From positions 39,369-103,368 of the forward strand of contig CAWCKJ010000014.1 in the NCBI GenBank assembly GCA_963796105.1: a stretch of DNA of 64,000 nt. The letters run 5' to 3'. Source of the DNA: a candidate division FCPU426 bacterium. Its GTDB lineage: Bacteria; Oederibacteriota; Muellerivitia; Muellerivitales; Muellerivitaceae. Under the pieces are notes generated by a model that saw nothing but the letters and a program-made list of their open reading frames with translations, ran no database searches and was not told where the DNA came from. The position numbers were made by a program, and so were the translations under genes. This document shows positions 9,571-19,141 of this stretch, piece by piece (the first letter of the stretch is position 1; every line of letters starts with the position of its first letter).

Positions 9571-10206
9571 TTAATTGCTTAAGACCCGGGTTTTTTCCGC
9601 ATTTCCTAATTGGGAAGAATAGAGCGGAGTAGCGCGTTTATTTGATTTTAACACCCAGCCAATACCTGACTTGTAGTAAAGCCAAAGCCAATGACGAATG
9701 AGCGATTCTGTACGGCCAAGCCGCTTTCCAACCCTTTTGGCTTTCATTCCTTTCGCAAGCCAGGCAAGCGCCTGTAGCTTTTCCCTGACCCACAATCTTT
9801 CCTCTTTTTGCAAATAGGATTTAATCTCCTGCAGGTCCATATTTCGTTTTATTTTGGTATAAACGTAATTTTTATTATTTGAGGAGTTTGAGTAAGGAAG
9901 GTCATTGGTAAATTTTATTTTTAGGAGTCTTATCATCTGGTATAAGGTGTGATCCAAGGATATTGTGATTTCCAAAAACGAACGAACATCCTGGATTTGC
10001 CCTCTTTCATATCTTTTCCATTCGTCAAGAGTGCAGCCAAATTGGTTAGCGGCCTGATTTTGGGTTATGTTTTTTCCCAGTCGAAGATCCCGGATTAATT
10101 CCCCTATTTTTTGTTCAAAATCCTCCTGTGTAGCCGCCAACCTGATCCTATAAAACTTCTTCGATACTAATTTTTCCGCTTTCTTGGTTTTGTATATAGT
10201 TGGCAT
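9571..10206 (-). CDS. Protein with XRE HTH plus a second HTH
   Basis: IGELIRDLR...TQNQAA...WKRYERG; C-terminal VGKRLGRTESLIRHW. Confidence 0.7.
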   Translation of the reverse strand: MPTIYKTKKAEKLVSKKFYRIRLAATQEDFEQKIGELIRDLRLGKNITQNQAANQFGCTLDEWKRYERGQIQDVRSFLEITISLDHTLYQMIRLLKIKFTNDLPYSNSSNNKNYVYTKIKRNMDLQEIKSYLQKEERLWVREKLQALAWLAKGMKAKRVGKRLGRTESLIRHWLWLYYKSGIGWVLKSNKRATPLYSSQLGNAEKTRVLSN

Positions 10207-10281
10207 GGGCGTTTTCTCAATTCCGGTTCAGGTAGACCATGAGCACCGCCAGGCGGTCCACCTCTCAATCTCTATAACCTT

Positions 10282-10512
10282 TTAAATCCCCTCGAAGAGT
10301 TTGTTGATAGGGCAGCCTAAACCCCGTTGGATCTTTACAATATTTTTTAGTGTTATGCCTCTCTTGCCTAGTTCCACAAAAGCAATGAAGATTGACGACA
10401 AACCTGACTGGGAGCCTAACTTTTTCAGTGACCAACCGCGCTTTTTGCGAATTTTGCGGACGTTCTCCCCGAATTTGAGGATCATTCGAATGTCATTTTT
10501 ATCCTTAAGCAT
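10282..10512 (-). CDS. XRE-family HTH regulator
   Basis: FGENVRKIRKKRGWS...VELGKR.ITL.NI. Confidence 0.88.
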   Translation of the reverse strand: MLKDKNDIRMILKFGENVRKIRKKRGWSLKKLGSQSGLSSIFIAFVELGKRGITLKNIVKIQRGLGCPINKLFEGI

Positions 10513-10673
10513 GTTTACCCCCTTAAAGAATGCCCACCCCCGGGGTCACGGCCAGGGATACCCCCTGCCCAAGGCTACCCGATCCACCCGGAGCACCTCC
10601 CCGGGGCTTTGGCTTGGCCGTCGAGGCCAGGCAGATCCAGGCCGGGATACTCAATGTTTACTTCCATAGACAA

Positions 10674-10772
10674 ATCCATGTTTTCGCACATGGATAATAC
10701 CACATATTGACATAGTGTTTATTTTGTGGATAATTATGTGGGTAATTCCATGTCTTATTTCGTGGAATTATA
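10674..10772 (+). promoter_or_regulatory. Sigma70-like promoter with repeated operator-like motifs
   Basis: TTGACA (10707)-16 bp-GATAAT. TGGATAAT/TGGGTAATT/TGGAATTA motifs recur, some as inverted pairs. Confidence 0.55.
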
Positions 10773-10793
10773 ATGCGTTTCAGAGGGGCAAAA

Positions 10794-11012
10794 ATGGGCG
10801 AAATTACTTTTAAAGGCCGTAAAGTTGCGAAGACTGGACCTACGACCTATGTTAGCTTCCCCGAACAAGCCCTTCAAGCTTTAGGTTGGAAAGCCGGTGA
10901 AAGAGTTGACCTTATTATTCGAAATGGCGAGGCCGTTATCAGGCCACAAGAGCGCCAGGAGGAATTAAAACTTTTAACACTGAGTAAAAAACAAAAAGCC
11001 CGGAAGCGTTAA
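10794..11012 (+). CDS. AbrB/MazE-type DNA-binding protein
   Basis: KVAKTG..TYVSFP...LGWKAGERV. Confidence 0.8.
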   Translation: MGEITFKGRKVAKTGPTTYVSFPEQALQALGWKAGERVDLIIRNGEAVIRPQERQEELKLLTLSKKQKARKR

Positions 11013-11027
11013 CTCCCGGGCTTTTTT
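10993..11027. terminator. Intrinsic terminator
   Basis: AAAAAGCCCGG...CCGGGCTTTTTT. Confidence 0.75.
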
Positions 11028-11242
11028 CGTTTCTTCCGGCCGAACCTGAAAATTTCTCTTGGCGGAGGACTTCAGATTTGGCTTTAGTTGCTGACGCTAC
11101 AGGTGCGCCTTGCGGGCCCTTTTGCGTCTGGACACTCACTTGGGGCCTTTCCTTGGCGGGGCCGGTCCCTACGGTGAAGCCATTGAGGATATTTTAGTCC
11201 CTGGCTTCCGGGTGTCAATACCCTTTTTACGCCAGGAGCTTA

Positions 11243-12394
11243 ATGCAGGACAAAGAGCAGCCAATACGCATACTTACCCAGTTAAAGCCTAACTATGCTG
11301 GGATACCACACCTTATTTTCGACCTCTACGGGCCTGGCATGGGCAAGGCCGGTTGGGGTTATGCCCTTCTTATCCGTTTTATAAATTGGTCCACTTCTGA
11401 AACAAAAACGAGCCTCCGGGTATTAGCCGAAACGGGCGGGGTCGATCCCGAAACTATACAAAGATGGGCTATACACCTTGAAAATCTTGGCCTTATTAAA
11501 ATCACCCCAGGGGACAACACCAGGCCAACCGCCTATATGATTTTACTTCCCCCACTTCCGGCACCGGACCACATCGTTCAGAAATTCTTTCCCAAGAACT
11601 GGACTATACCAGAGAGAGCCAAAGAGCCCCTCGAATTACTCTTATTTAACTTGAATTTTGGAGGCATACCACAAGAGAAGGGGGGTAAGACTAAGGGTGT
11701 AGGCACTATGCCTACACAATCAAGGAGTTCTCAACTACCATCAAATGGTGTCGGCACTATGCCTACACATGGGTTGGAAGAGGTGTCGGCATCGGGCCCC
11801 CCTGGTGGTGGCACCATGCCTACAGGGCGTCCGGATGATGCCCACACGGTGTCGGCACCAGGCCTACAATACGATAAAGATAAAATAAAGACTAAACTAA
11901 CTAACCCCGTTTACGAATCTTTTTTGAATATTAGTTTAGACAAACTTAAAAACAAAGCCCCTGAGATATCCCTTAACGACCTCGAGGACTGCTTTTACAA
12001 GTGCCTGAATTTAATGAACGACGACGTAGAAGCGGCAAAGGAATATTTCGAGGAAAAGGTCCGGGTTGTCTTAGAGCATAAGAACACGGACGACGTTAAG
12101 GGTTTATTATGGGTTGCGATTGAAAAGGATTGGAAACCTAAAATATCAACTAAAGCAAAAATGGAAGCTGAAATACGAAGAAGGGAACAAGAGGAAAAAG
12201 ATCGAATCGAAACAGACGAACTTTTGAGGAAATCGAACCTAAAAGCTGGAATCGAGGAAATTTTAGCGACATTCAATTTCGCCACCGATCACTTGAAGAA
12301 AAAAGGGATTGATCCCATCGAGCATATTAAGAAAACGTACAAGGGAAACCCGAATTTAGACGAAGTTTTAAACAAACTTAAAGGGAAGGGGTGA
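11243..12394 (+). CDS. Putative replication initiator (N-terminal wHTH; lambda O-like layout)
   Basis: SLRVLAETGGVDPETIQRWAIHLENLGLI HTH. Internal DNA repeats encode GVGTMPT. First gene of the parAB operon. Confidence 0.65.
   Translation: MQDKEQPIRILTQLKPNYAGIPHLIFDLYGPGMGKAGWGYALLIRFINWSTSETKTSLRVLAETGGVDPETIQRWAIHLENLGLIKITPGDNTRPTAYMILLPPLPAPDHIVQKFFPKNWTIPERAKEPLELLLFNLNFGGIPQEKGGKTKGVGTMPTQSRSSQLPSNGVGTMPTHGLEEVSASGPPGGGTMPTGRPDDAHTVSAPGLQYDKDKIKTKLTNPVYESFLNISLDKLKNKAPEISLNDLEDCFYKCLNLMNDDVEAAKEYFEEKVRVVLEHKNTDDVKGLLWVAIEKDWKPKISTKAKMEAEIRRREQEEKDRIETDELLRKSNLKAGIEEILATFNFATDHLKKKGIDPIEHIKKTYKGNPNLDEVLNKLKGKG
11696..11905. repeat. Intragenic palindromic iterons plus A-rich tract (candidate oriV)
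   Basis: GGTGT(A/C)GGCAC(T/C)A(T/G)GCCTACA-like copies at 11696, 11747, 11804 and 11848, a half site at 11782, then GATAAAGATAAAATAAAGACTAAACTAACTAA. Confidence 0.7.
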
Positions 12395-12398
12395 GGGT

Positions 12399-13442
12399 AT
12401 GGCGAGGAAGATCGCGGTATATAACAAAAAGGGGGGCGTGGGGAAAACAACCATTTCCGTTAATTTGGCCGCGACTATCGCGGCTAAAAAAGATCCAGCC
12501 GGCAACCCCCTATACCGCGTTTTATACATTGACGCCGATCAACAACAAAACGCTTCTGATTTGTTGGGCGTCGGAAGCGATTTTCGCGATGAAGCCGATA
12601 AAGACAAACATTTAGGAACTGTACTCAAAGGCGGCAGTATCCAGGACGCCGTCATAACTTATAAAATGCGGAAATACCTTCCCATCAACGCCAAAGGCGA
12701 TGATATTTTTTACACGGACCAATGGGCCGGTTATGAAGACGACGGAAAAGAGAAAATAAACAGGAAAAAGTTTCGTTACGTTGAAATACCTAATTTTCAA
12801 ATAATCCCGGCTTATTCCAGCATTGAAACTGATTTGCCGCCCACTGGGGGGGATTACACGAAGTTAGTCCAGGCTATAGCGCGGGAAGGCTTTCAGGACC
12901 TCGTCAAGGGCGATTTGATGGACGAGGATATTTTCAGGACGAGCCTTCACCCTAATTTGTTGCATGAGAAAATCTTGGAGGTGGAGGATTTATACGACTA
13001 CATTATCTTTGATTGTCCCCCTTCCTGGGACCGCCTATCCAAAATGTCGGTCATTGCCTCCGAACAACTCATCATTCCCCTTAAACCCGGCGAGTTCGAG
13101 AGGCTTGGGGTCATCCGGGTCATGGACCAGTTATCGGCCTTGAAAGCGACCTACGGCCGATGCCCGGACCTGATTTTCGCCGTAATGAACATGATGCGGG
13201 GGAACGTAAAAAAACACGAGGCTTACCATTTGAAAAACTTCAAGGAACTGAAAAGCCTCGTGGCCAGGGTGGCCGTTCCCCTGACGGAGGAAGTCATTAA
13301 CTCGCAAATCGAGCAGGTTCCTTTCGCTTTTTGGCCGGAAAAATATCCTGTCATGGCCAAGGAAGTTTTTGAGGTTCTTTTCAAGGAAGTGGAAGGGCGT
13401 TTCAAGGCACTTACAAAACAAAAGGAGACCGTCAATGGTTAA
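12399..13442 (+). CDS. parA: ParA-family ATPase
   Basis: KGGVGKTT, IDADQQQNAS, YDYIIFDCPP. Confidence 0.95.
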   Translation: MARKIAVYNKKGGVGKTTISVNLAATIAAKKDPAGNPLYRVLYIDADQQQNASDLLGVGSDFRDEADKDKHLGTVLKGGSIQDAVITYKMRKYLPINAKGDDIFYTDQWAGYEDDGKEKINRKKFRYVEIPNFQIIPAYSSIETDLPPTGGDYTKLVQAIAREGFQDLVKGDLMDEDIFRTSLHPNLLHEKILEVEDLYDYIIFDCPPSWDRLSKMSVIASEQLIIPLKPGEFERLGVIRVMDQLSALKATYGRCPDLIFAVMNMMRGNVKKHEAYHLKNFKELKSLVARVAVPLTEEVINSQIEQVPFAFWPEKYPVMAKEVFEVLFKEVEGRFKALTKQKETVNG

Positions 13443-14427
13443 AGTTAAATCCCTTAACGATGTTTCGTCGGAAAAGCTTAACGGTATTTTTGGCGGCGGC
13501 GACGGAGCTCCCACGGAAGTAAAAGAGATTAACACCCCCGAGGAGCTCAAGATCAATTTCCGCAAGGATGTTATTTATTCGATACCCGCGGAGTGGTTCG
13601 ACATCGAGGATAAAACTTTCTCGACCAGGTCCAAGAAGATCCAGGAACATATCGACTCCATGAAGGAAAGCATAAAGAGCCAGGGGCAGCAGGAGCCGGT
13701 CAAGGCCCGCTTAAAAGACGGGAATAAACTCCAAATCGTTATGGGGTGGACCAGGGTTTTTGCCTGCCTCGAATTAGGCTTCAAGGTCCAGACTATGGTT
13801 ACCGACGCGGACGAAAGGACCTGCAAAGTTTGGGCCTTGATCGAAAATATCCAACGGAACGAATTGGAGGGATATGACAAAGCCAGGAAAGTTAAGGAGC
13901 TATTGGATGATAATTTCACGGTGGAGGAAGTTTCCCAATTTATCGGTGTTTCCTCCAAAAGTTATGTTTACACCCTGAATCGGATCTTTAATTATCCCGT
14001 TATCCTTAACGCCCTCAAGGATTCGGTCATCAATGAAACTGCGGCCAGGGTTTTATCCACTACGGTTTCTTCCAAAAACATTCCGGAGGATTTGCAAAAG
14101 AAAGCCATTGAATACTTATCGGCCGAAAAATTAAAAATCGCGGATTTGGAATATTTTTTGGATAGGGGCGGGGAATTACCGGGAGTTTCTGCGGCGTCAC
14201 CGGAGAATCCGGATCTGAAAACGCCTTCTAAGGGAAAGAAAAAGGGGTCGAGCGACGATTCGGGAATTAAATCCTATTTCAAGAAATTCAACGACGGAAA
14301 AATTTCTTTTTCCGCGCGGGCCGTCCCGGGGAAATCCGATATTAAGGAACTTAAGAAGATTCGAACCGAAGCGTTAAAATTTGTCGAAAGCCTTGAGAAA
14401 ATTATTTCCAAAAACGGAAGTAAGTAA
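13435..14427 (+). CDS. parB: ParB-family partition protein
   Basis: SIKSQGQQEPV, IVMGWTR, ALIENIQRNEL plus HTH. Confidence 0.88.
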   Translation: MVKVKSLNDVSSEKLNGIFGGGDGAPTEVKEINTPEELKINFRKDVIYSIPAEWFDIEDKTFSTRSKKIQEHIDSMKESIKSQGQQEPVKARLKDGNKLQIVMGWTRVFACLELGFKVQTMVTDADERTCKVWALIENIQRNELEGYDKARKVKELLDDNFTVEEVSQFIGVSSKSYVYTLNRIFNYPVILNALKDSVINETAARVLSTTVSSKNIPEDLQKKAIEYLSAEKLKIADLEYFLDRGGELPGVSAASPENPDLKTPSKGKKKGSSDDSGIKSYFKKFNDGKISFSARAVPGKSDIKELKKIRTEALKFVESLEKIISKNGSK

Positions 14428-16322
14428 TGCTGTCTGAAGTCTATTCGATCCTTATTTGGGTCCTTGGCGGTTATTCAGCGATTATTTATGTATTGGAAGC
14501 TCTTGGGGTTTACTCCCAGGGCTTGGGTTTTTTGGATCCCATAACCACTTTTTTGGCTTTATACGCTTCTTTCCGGCTTGGGAAAAATAAAAACCTATCC
14601 CCCCTTCAAAAATCGGCGGCAGTATGCCCGGCGGTACTTTTTTTAAGGCACGCTTTTTCCGTCCTTCCGGAAAATCCTTTCACGGCCATTATCTCGATAA
14701 TCGCTTTGGTCGTTACCGCCCTAGCCCTATATATGCTCTTGGGAAAAGTTCCGGCTAAAAAGAACGAGCCCAAGGCGTTTCCCGATGAATTGGGACTCTA
14801 TCCCATTTGCTTAAGCGAGGAAGGGAACCACTGGATTACGACGAAGCAGGTGGTCGAGCACGTCCAGGTGATCGGGAAGTCCGGGAGCGGCAAATCCGTC
14901 TCGTATTTCCACAACGCCAAGTACCAGGCCATTAAACAGGGCAAAGGATGCTTTTCTTTCGACGCCAAGAGCGAGGAACTGCCGATGATGGCGTACTACG
15001 CCCAGGAAGCCGGGAGAATATCTGACTTCATCCCTTTTGATTTGCGTTACCCCGATAGGAGCCCGAAAATCAACCCGTTGGCCTGGTTCAAGGACAACGG
15101 CGAGGGGCAGATGGTCCCGGACGTGGACCTGGTGACCAACATCGCCAGGCAGTCCGTTTATTTCATGAACAAGACCAAGGACGATTTTTTCGAGAACTCG
15201 GGGAAGGAATTCATAAAAAACCTCACCGGGTTGTTCCTGCGCGAATTCCCGGTGATCACTTATTTCGACTACTATCAAGTCGTAGCAAACGAAATCGAGT
15301 CCTTCGAGTCCGTCAGGGCCTTATGCGATAAATACCCCGAAACCTTGGAGGCGCAATATTTCAAACAGCATTGGTCCGCCATGTCGGCCCAGGAACGCCG
15401 GTACGTCCTTTCCGGGCTTTTAAACCTGCTCTCGTCGTTCGTGACGGGGGCGTGGGCTCCGTTATTGAATTCCAAGACCCCCAACTACCTGATTTCGGAA
15501 ATAGTCCAAACGAACAAGATTTTCCACTTTGGCGCGGCCGCGCTTTTGTTCCCCGTCGATTACCGGAAAATAAGTTGCGCGTTCTTAATCGGGTTGATGG
15601 GCGAGGCCGGGCGGCGGTCGGAAAAACCGCAAAGGATTCCTTTCGATTTTTTCCTGGACGAATTTTCGTCGATTGCCTATCCGGGCTTCGAGGATATCGT
15701 CGAGAAGGTGAGAAGCACGGATATCGGGGTCCATTTGGGGCACCAAAGCCTGGGGGATCTCCTGAGGGCGGGAGGCCCCGCCTTCCAGGAAGCCATCCTT
15801 GACAACACCACGACCAAGATCTTTTTCAGGATCATGTCCGACGAAACGGCCGACCGTTGCGCGAAAATCGTGGGGACTCAAACAGCCGAAGCTTACCGGG
15901 TGCGATCCGTCAGGACCAACGCGGGTATCTTGGGGGGCGAGCAAGAAGCGGGAGCGACGATAAAGGAGAGGGACAAAGAATTCATAATGCCCCCGGATGA
16001 ATTCAAGAACCTGAAAAAAGGAGAAGCCATTTGCCTTCTGACTTACAAGAAGGGGATTGCGCGGTTCAAGCTTCAATTCGACATGGCCCCGGCCGTGCCG
16101 GCTACTTTTGATTTCATGGACGTAGTGGGGCTCAAGAATTACAACAAGGATCAACCCGAAAAAAGTTTGCCCTATAAAAGACCGGTTAAAATTCCTAAAA
16201 TCGAGATATCGGAGCAGGGAAAACCAGCTTTCCAGAAGGATCCTGTTTTCCAAAACATGGAGAAGTTGAAGAAGGAAATTAAAAACCAACGCAAGCCGAA
16301 ACCATTGGAAAAAGAACCGTAA
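14427..16322 (+). CDS. Type IV coupling protein (VirD4/TraD-like)
   Basis: N-terminal TM segments; HVQVIGKSGSGKS Walker A; FFLDEF Walker B; HQSLGDL; NTTTKIFFR. Confidence 0.92.
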   Translation: MLSEVYSILIWVLGGYSAIIYVLEALGVYSQGLGFLDPITTFLALYASFRLGKNKNLSPLQKSAAVCPAVLFLRHAFSVLPENPFTAIISIIALVVTALALYMLLGKVPAKKNEPKAFPDELGLYPICLSEEGNHWITTKQVVEHVQVIGKSGSGKSVSYFHNAKYQAIKQGKGCFSFDAKSEELPMMAYYAQEAGRISDFIPFDLRYPDRSPKINPLAWFKDNGEGQMVPDVDLVTNIARQSVYFMNKTKDDFFENSGKEFIKNLTGLFLREFPVITYFDYYQVVANEIESFESVRALCDKYPETLEAQYFKQHWSAMSAQERRYVLSGLLNLLSSFVTGAWAPLLNSKTPNYLISEIVQTNKIFHFGAAALLFPVDYRKISCAFLIGLMGEAGRRSEKPQRIPFDFFLDEFSSIAYPGFEDIVEKVRSTDIGVHLGHQSLGDLLRAGGPAFQEAILDNTTTKIFFRIMSDETADRCAKIVGTQTAEAYRVRSVRTNAGILGGEQEAGATIKERDKEFIMPPDEFKNLKKGEAICLLTYKKGIARFKLQFDMAPAVPATFDFMDVVGLKNYNKDQPEKSLPYKRPVKIPKIEISEQGKPAFQKDPVFQNMEKLKKEIKNQRKPKPLEKEP

Positions 16323-16329
16323 GAAAAGA

Positions 16330-17166
16330 ATGAAAAATCTTAGGCCGTCCGATTTGGAAAAACTCGTATTTATTCACAGCAACAGGAACATTACGCCCCT
16401 TCTTTTCCACCAAAAATACTTCAAAAACAAGTCAATGAGGATGGCGCAAAAACAGCTTAAATTTTACGCTGAAAAGGGTTATTTAAAACCTTTCCAAACC
16501 AGTAAATTTTTCAAAATGATTTACGTGCTTACGGATTCGGCCATCAAGGAACTCACGGAAAGTTACTTGCTATTGGCCAAGAACTTGCGCCCCGCCAAGA
16601 TAAGCCTTAGAACCCAACAACACCACGAAAGGGTCACGGAATTAAGGATTTCCTTTGAGTCCAACCCTGATTTTGATGACGTTTTTTTTGTGACGGATTT
16701 TGAGTTTATGCAGGGCATCAACCGGGAGACTAAATGGAATTACTACAGGGATTCCGGAGTTGAAAAGCGAAAGGAATTCTTGAAAGAATGGAAACCCAAC
16801 CCGAAGGATCAAAAACTAAGATACCCTGACGGATATTTCGATGCGGTGGTCAAAGGTGAATCAAAACCTTTCGTACTTGAATACGAACACTTCCCTTATT
16901 CAAGGGATAGGATTTTTTCGGTGGTGGACCACATTGAAAGGGAATACCCGGATGCCACGAAAGTACTGGTATGCAGGGATCAAAAAAGGATTGAACTGCT
17001 CGAAATGGGAATCGTTGGAGCGATAACAAGTACAAAAAGAAAATTCGCTTTCAATACGCCCTGGCTAATAAGCTATTTTGAAAAGGCGATTTCCGAACCT
17101 TTTTTTACGGCTTTTAGGCCGATAAAAACGGATAAATTAACCAATGATTTGTCAAATAAGTTATAA
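16330..17166 (+). CDS. Replic_Relax-type (wHTH + PD-(D/E)xK) relaxase-like protein
   Basis: N-terminal wHTH (..GYL..YVLT..A), HH, RYPDGYFD...FVLEYE; follows the T4CP; paralog at 61391. Confidence 0.75.
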   Translation: MKNLRPSDLEKLVFIHSNRNITPLLFHQKYFKNKSMRMAQKQLKFYAEKGYLKPFQTSKFFKMIYVLTDSAIKELTESYLLLAKNLRPAKISLRTQQHHERVTELRISFESNPDFDDVFFVTDFEFMQGINRETKWNYYRDSGVEKRKEFLKEWKPNPKDQKLRYPDGYFDAVVKGESKPFVLEYEHFPYSRDRIFSVVDHIEREYPDATKVLVCRDQKRIELLEMGIVGAITSTKRKFAFNTPWLISYFEKAISEPFFTAFRPIKTDKLTNDLSNKL

Positions 17167-17231
17167 AAGTGCTCTAAGAGCAATTCTAAACGGTTCGTAC
17201 CGTGCGAACTCTTTTGTATCAAAAAAACTAT

Positions 17232-17347
17232 ATAAAATCATGCTAAACATGATGTTTCACGCGCCCGACCCCACTCACTCTGCATCACTTTGTTCTGCAA
17301 TTCGACTGAGTGGGGTCGGGCGTGTGAAACGTTTAGCATGATTTTAT
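17232..17347. other. Long inverted repeat, candidate oriT
   Basis: Arms ATAAAATCATGCTAAAC..GTTTCACGCGCCCGACCCCACTCA and TGAGTGGGGTCGGGCGTGTGAAACGTTTAGCATGATTTTAT; loop starts CTCTGCATCA. Confidence 0.65.
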
Positions 17348-17586
17348 GATTTTTTGATGAAAGTATTATTAGTATGAAAGAAATAAAGATACCCTTCCGT
17401 AGGTTTCCCATATTTGGGAAACCTTGCCCCTATTATCCCCACGGGGATTCCAAAGGGGGCTTCGCCCCTTTGGAGATTCCCCTAGAAGATCATTTCACTC
17501 ATGAGCGGTGAAATGGGGCCTGGCTTGGCCAGGCCTTGAAGGTAGATTCCCGTACCGGGAATCCTCATTGAAGGAGGATTTAAACG

Positions 17587-17805
17587 ATGTGGCATAAAAT
17601 TTTGTGTTGTGACGAAAGAGGCTTTTATCACTATTTTTTAAAAGACGCTGAAAGGAGCCTTTGCAAAAGGTTCAAATTGGAAGAAGTTGAGGGCAAAGGC
17701 TTGGAATCGGATGCGGTAATTAAACCGTCGAAGTGCGATGAGTGCGTAGTAAAACTACCTATGATTCTGAATGAAGTAACCTTGGTTCCAAGCGTGGAGA
17801 CGTAA
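17587..17805 (+). CDS. Hypothetical protein (CxxC)
   Basis: AAGGAGG RBS. Confidence 0.7.
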   Translation: MWHKILCCDERGFYHYFLKDAERSLCKRFKLEEVEGKGLESDAVIKPSKCDECVVKLPMILNEVTLVPSVET

Positions 17806-17938
17806 AGAAAAATCTTTTCATACGAGGAAGAAACGAATGAAGAAGATTTTTCAAAAGAATTCCCCGCGAATAAATTTCCTATAATAACGGTTATACCAAA
17901 TTTCTTGACAACAATACTGACAAAATGACCTAGAAGGT

Positions 17939-18196
17939 GTGGCTAAGATGGAAAAATTAAAACTTCTCTACACCGAGGAACGGCTGATTCAAGGCAACAA
18001 CTACCGAATGGAGATCCTTCAGATTTTCGCGGGTTTAGTCCGGGGGACCAAAAGGTGCAAGGTTTACGAGTTGGTCAGGGGCGCTTGGATTCTCCGGGAT
18101 GAGTTCCAGGCGGAAGATTCCGGTGGCGAAGGCCTTACGGCCAAGACGTTCGAAGAAATTGCCGAGGGGTCGTGGGCCCTCTTTAAGGTGAAGTAA
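17939..18196 (+). CDS. Hypothetical protein
   Basis: 85-aa ORF; TTGACA upstream. Confidence 0.55.
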   Translation: MAKMEKLKLLYTEERLIQGNNYRMEILQIFAGLVRGTKRCKVYELVRGAWILRDEFQAEDSGGEGLTAKTFEEIAEGSWALFKVK

Positions 18197-18610
18197 AGGT
18201 GTTTTAGAATTCCATGAAAACGGCAAGGTCATCAAAAGAGGCGTTAAGGATTTTTTTGGTGGTCGTTGAAAACAAATAACGCTTCCCTGGATTTCATATA
18301 AACGTTGTTATATGAAATTCTTGACAAAATAGAAGTTGTTAAGAACTATATGCAAATGCTCTTAGAGCACTTTTCAAAAAACAACTTCTTACCTTAGTTT
18401 TCTCCGGAAAATTTTGGAATTTCATTCCATTTTCCGTTTTCTGGGTCGATTTTTTACTTAGAGGCCTATTTCTCTGTGGATTTTTTCTTTCCTTTACAAG
18501 TTTACATGGCTTCAATTTATTGGTTAAAAAGGAATACAGAAGTATTCCTTCCATTCTTGGCGGACCGTTCTATTTGATTGATTTTTAAGGTTCACTTTTC
18601 GGAGGTTACT

Positions 18611-18817
18611 ATGTCGAAGGTTAAGAAGGGTGATGTGGTTTTTAATATTAACACAGGACGTTACGGTATTTTTCAGTCATTAGGCGTCGCAAAAACAATT
18701 ACTAATGTTCCCTATGATGTTTGCCTAGTTAAGGTTAAAGATTCAAATATGAAGCGCGATGAGGTTTGGAAAATATCCGATACTTGCTTTGAGCAAGCAC
18801 CGCGTTTTAAAGTCTAG
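18611..18817 (+). CDS. Small SH3/KOW-like hypothetical protein
   Basis: GGAGG RBS; KKGDVV...GRYG. Confidence 0.65.
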   Translation: MSKVKKGDVVFNINTGRYGIFQSLGVAKTITNVPYDVCLVKVKDSNMKRDEVWKISDTCFEQAPRFKV

Positions 18818-18832
18818 CAGTGGGGGAAACGG

Positions 18833-19141
18833 GGCAGGGCGGGGAAAGGAACTTCACCCCTTCCCTGCCCCGAGCCGGTTCTTTCTGGAACCGGCACAGC
18901 CTATACTTGTGTCTCAACTTGAGGTTTCGCCACAGGCGGGCCTTCCCCCTGGGTCGAGCTTCCCTTTCCAAAAACCGGAAAGGGTGATCTCTCCCACACC
19001 CCTTTCCATTGCGCCGGTTCTTAATGGAACCGGCACAACCAAGACTCGCATTTCGGCTTGTACCAACTTGCATTGAGTTGGCATTATCAATCGTCGCCCC
19101 TCACCTGGTGGGTGAGGGCGGATAATAAGCCTCAAGGCAGG
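18833..19141. repeat. Composite structured block: hairpin + A module + A module containing a B module
   Basis: A at 18874-18936; A at 19013-19141 with B at 19063-19125. Same layout at 39298-39569. Confidence 0.85.
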
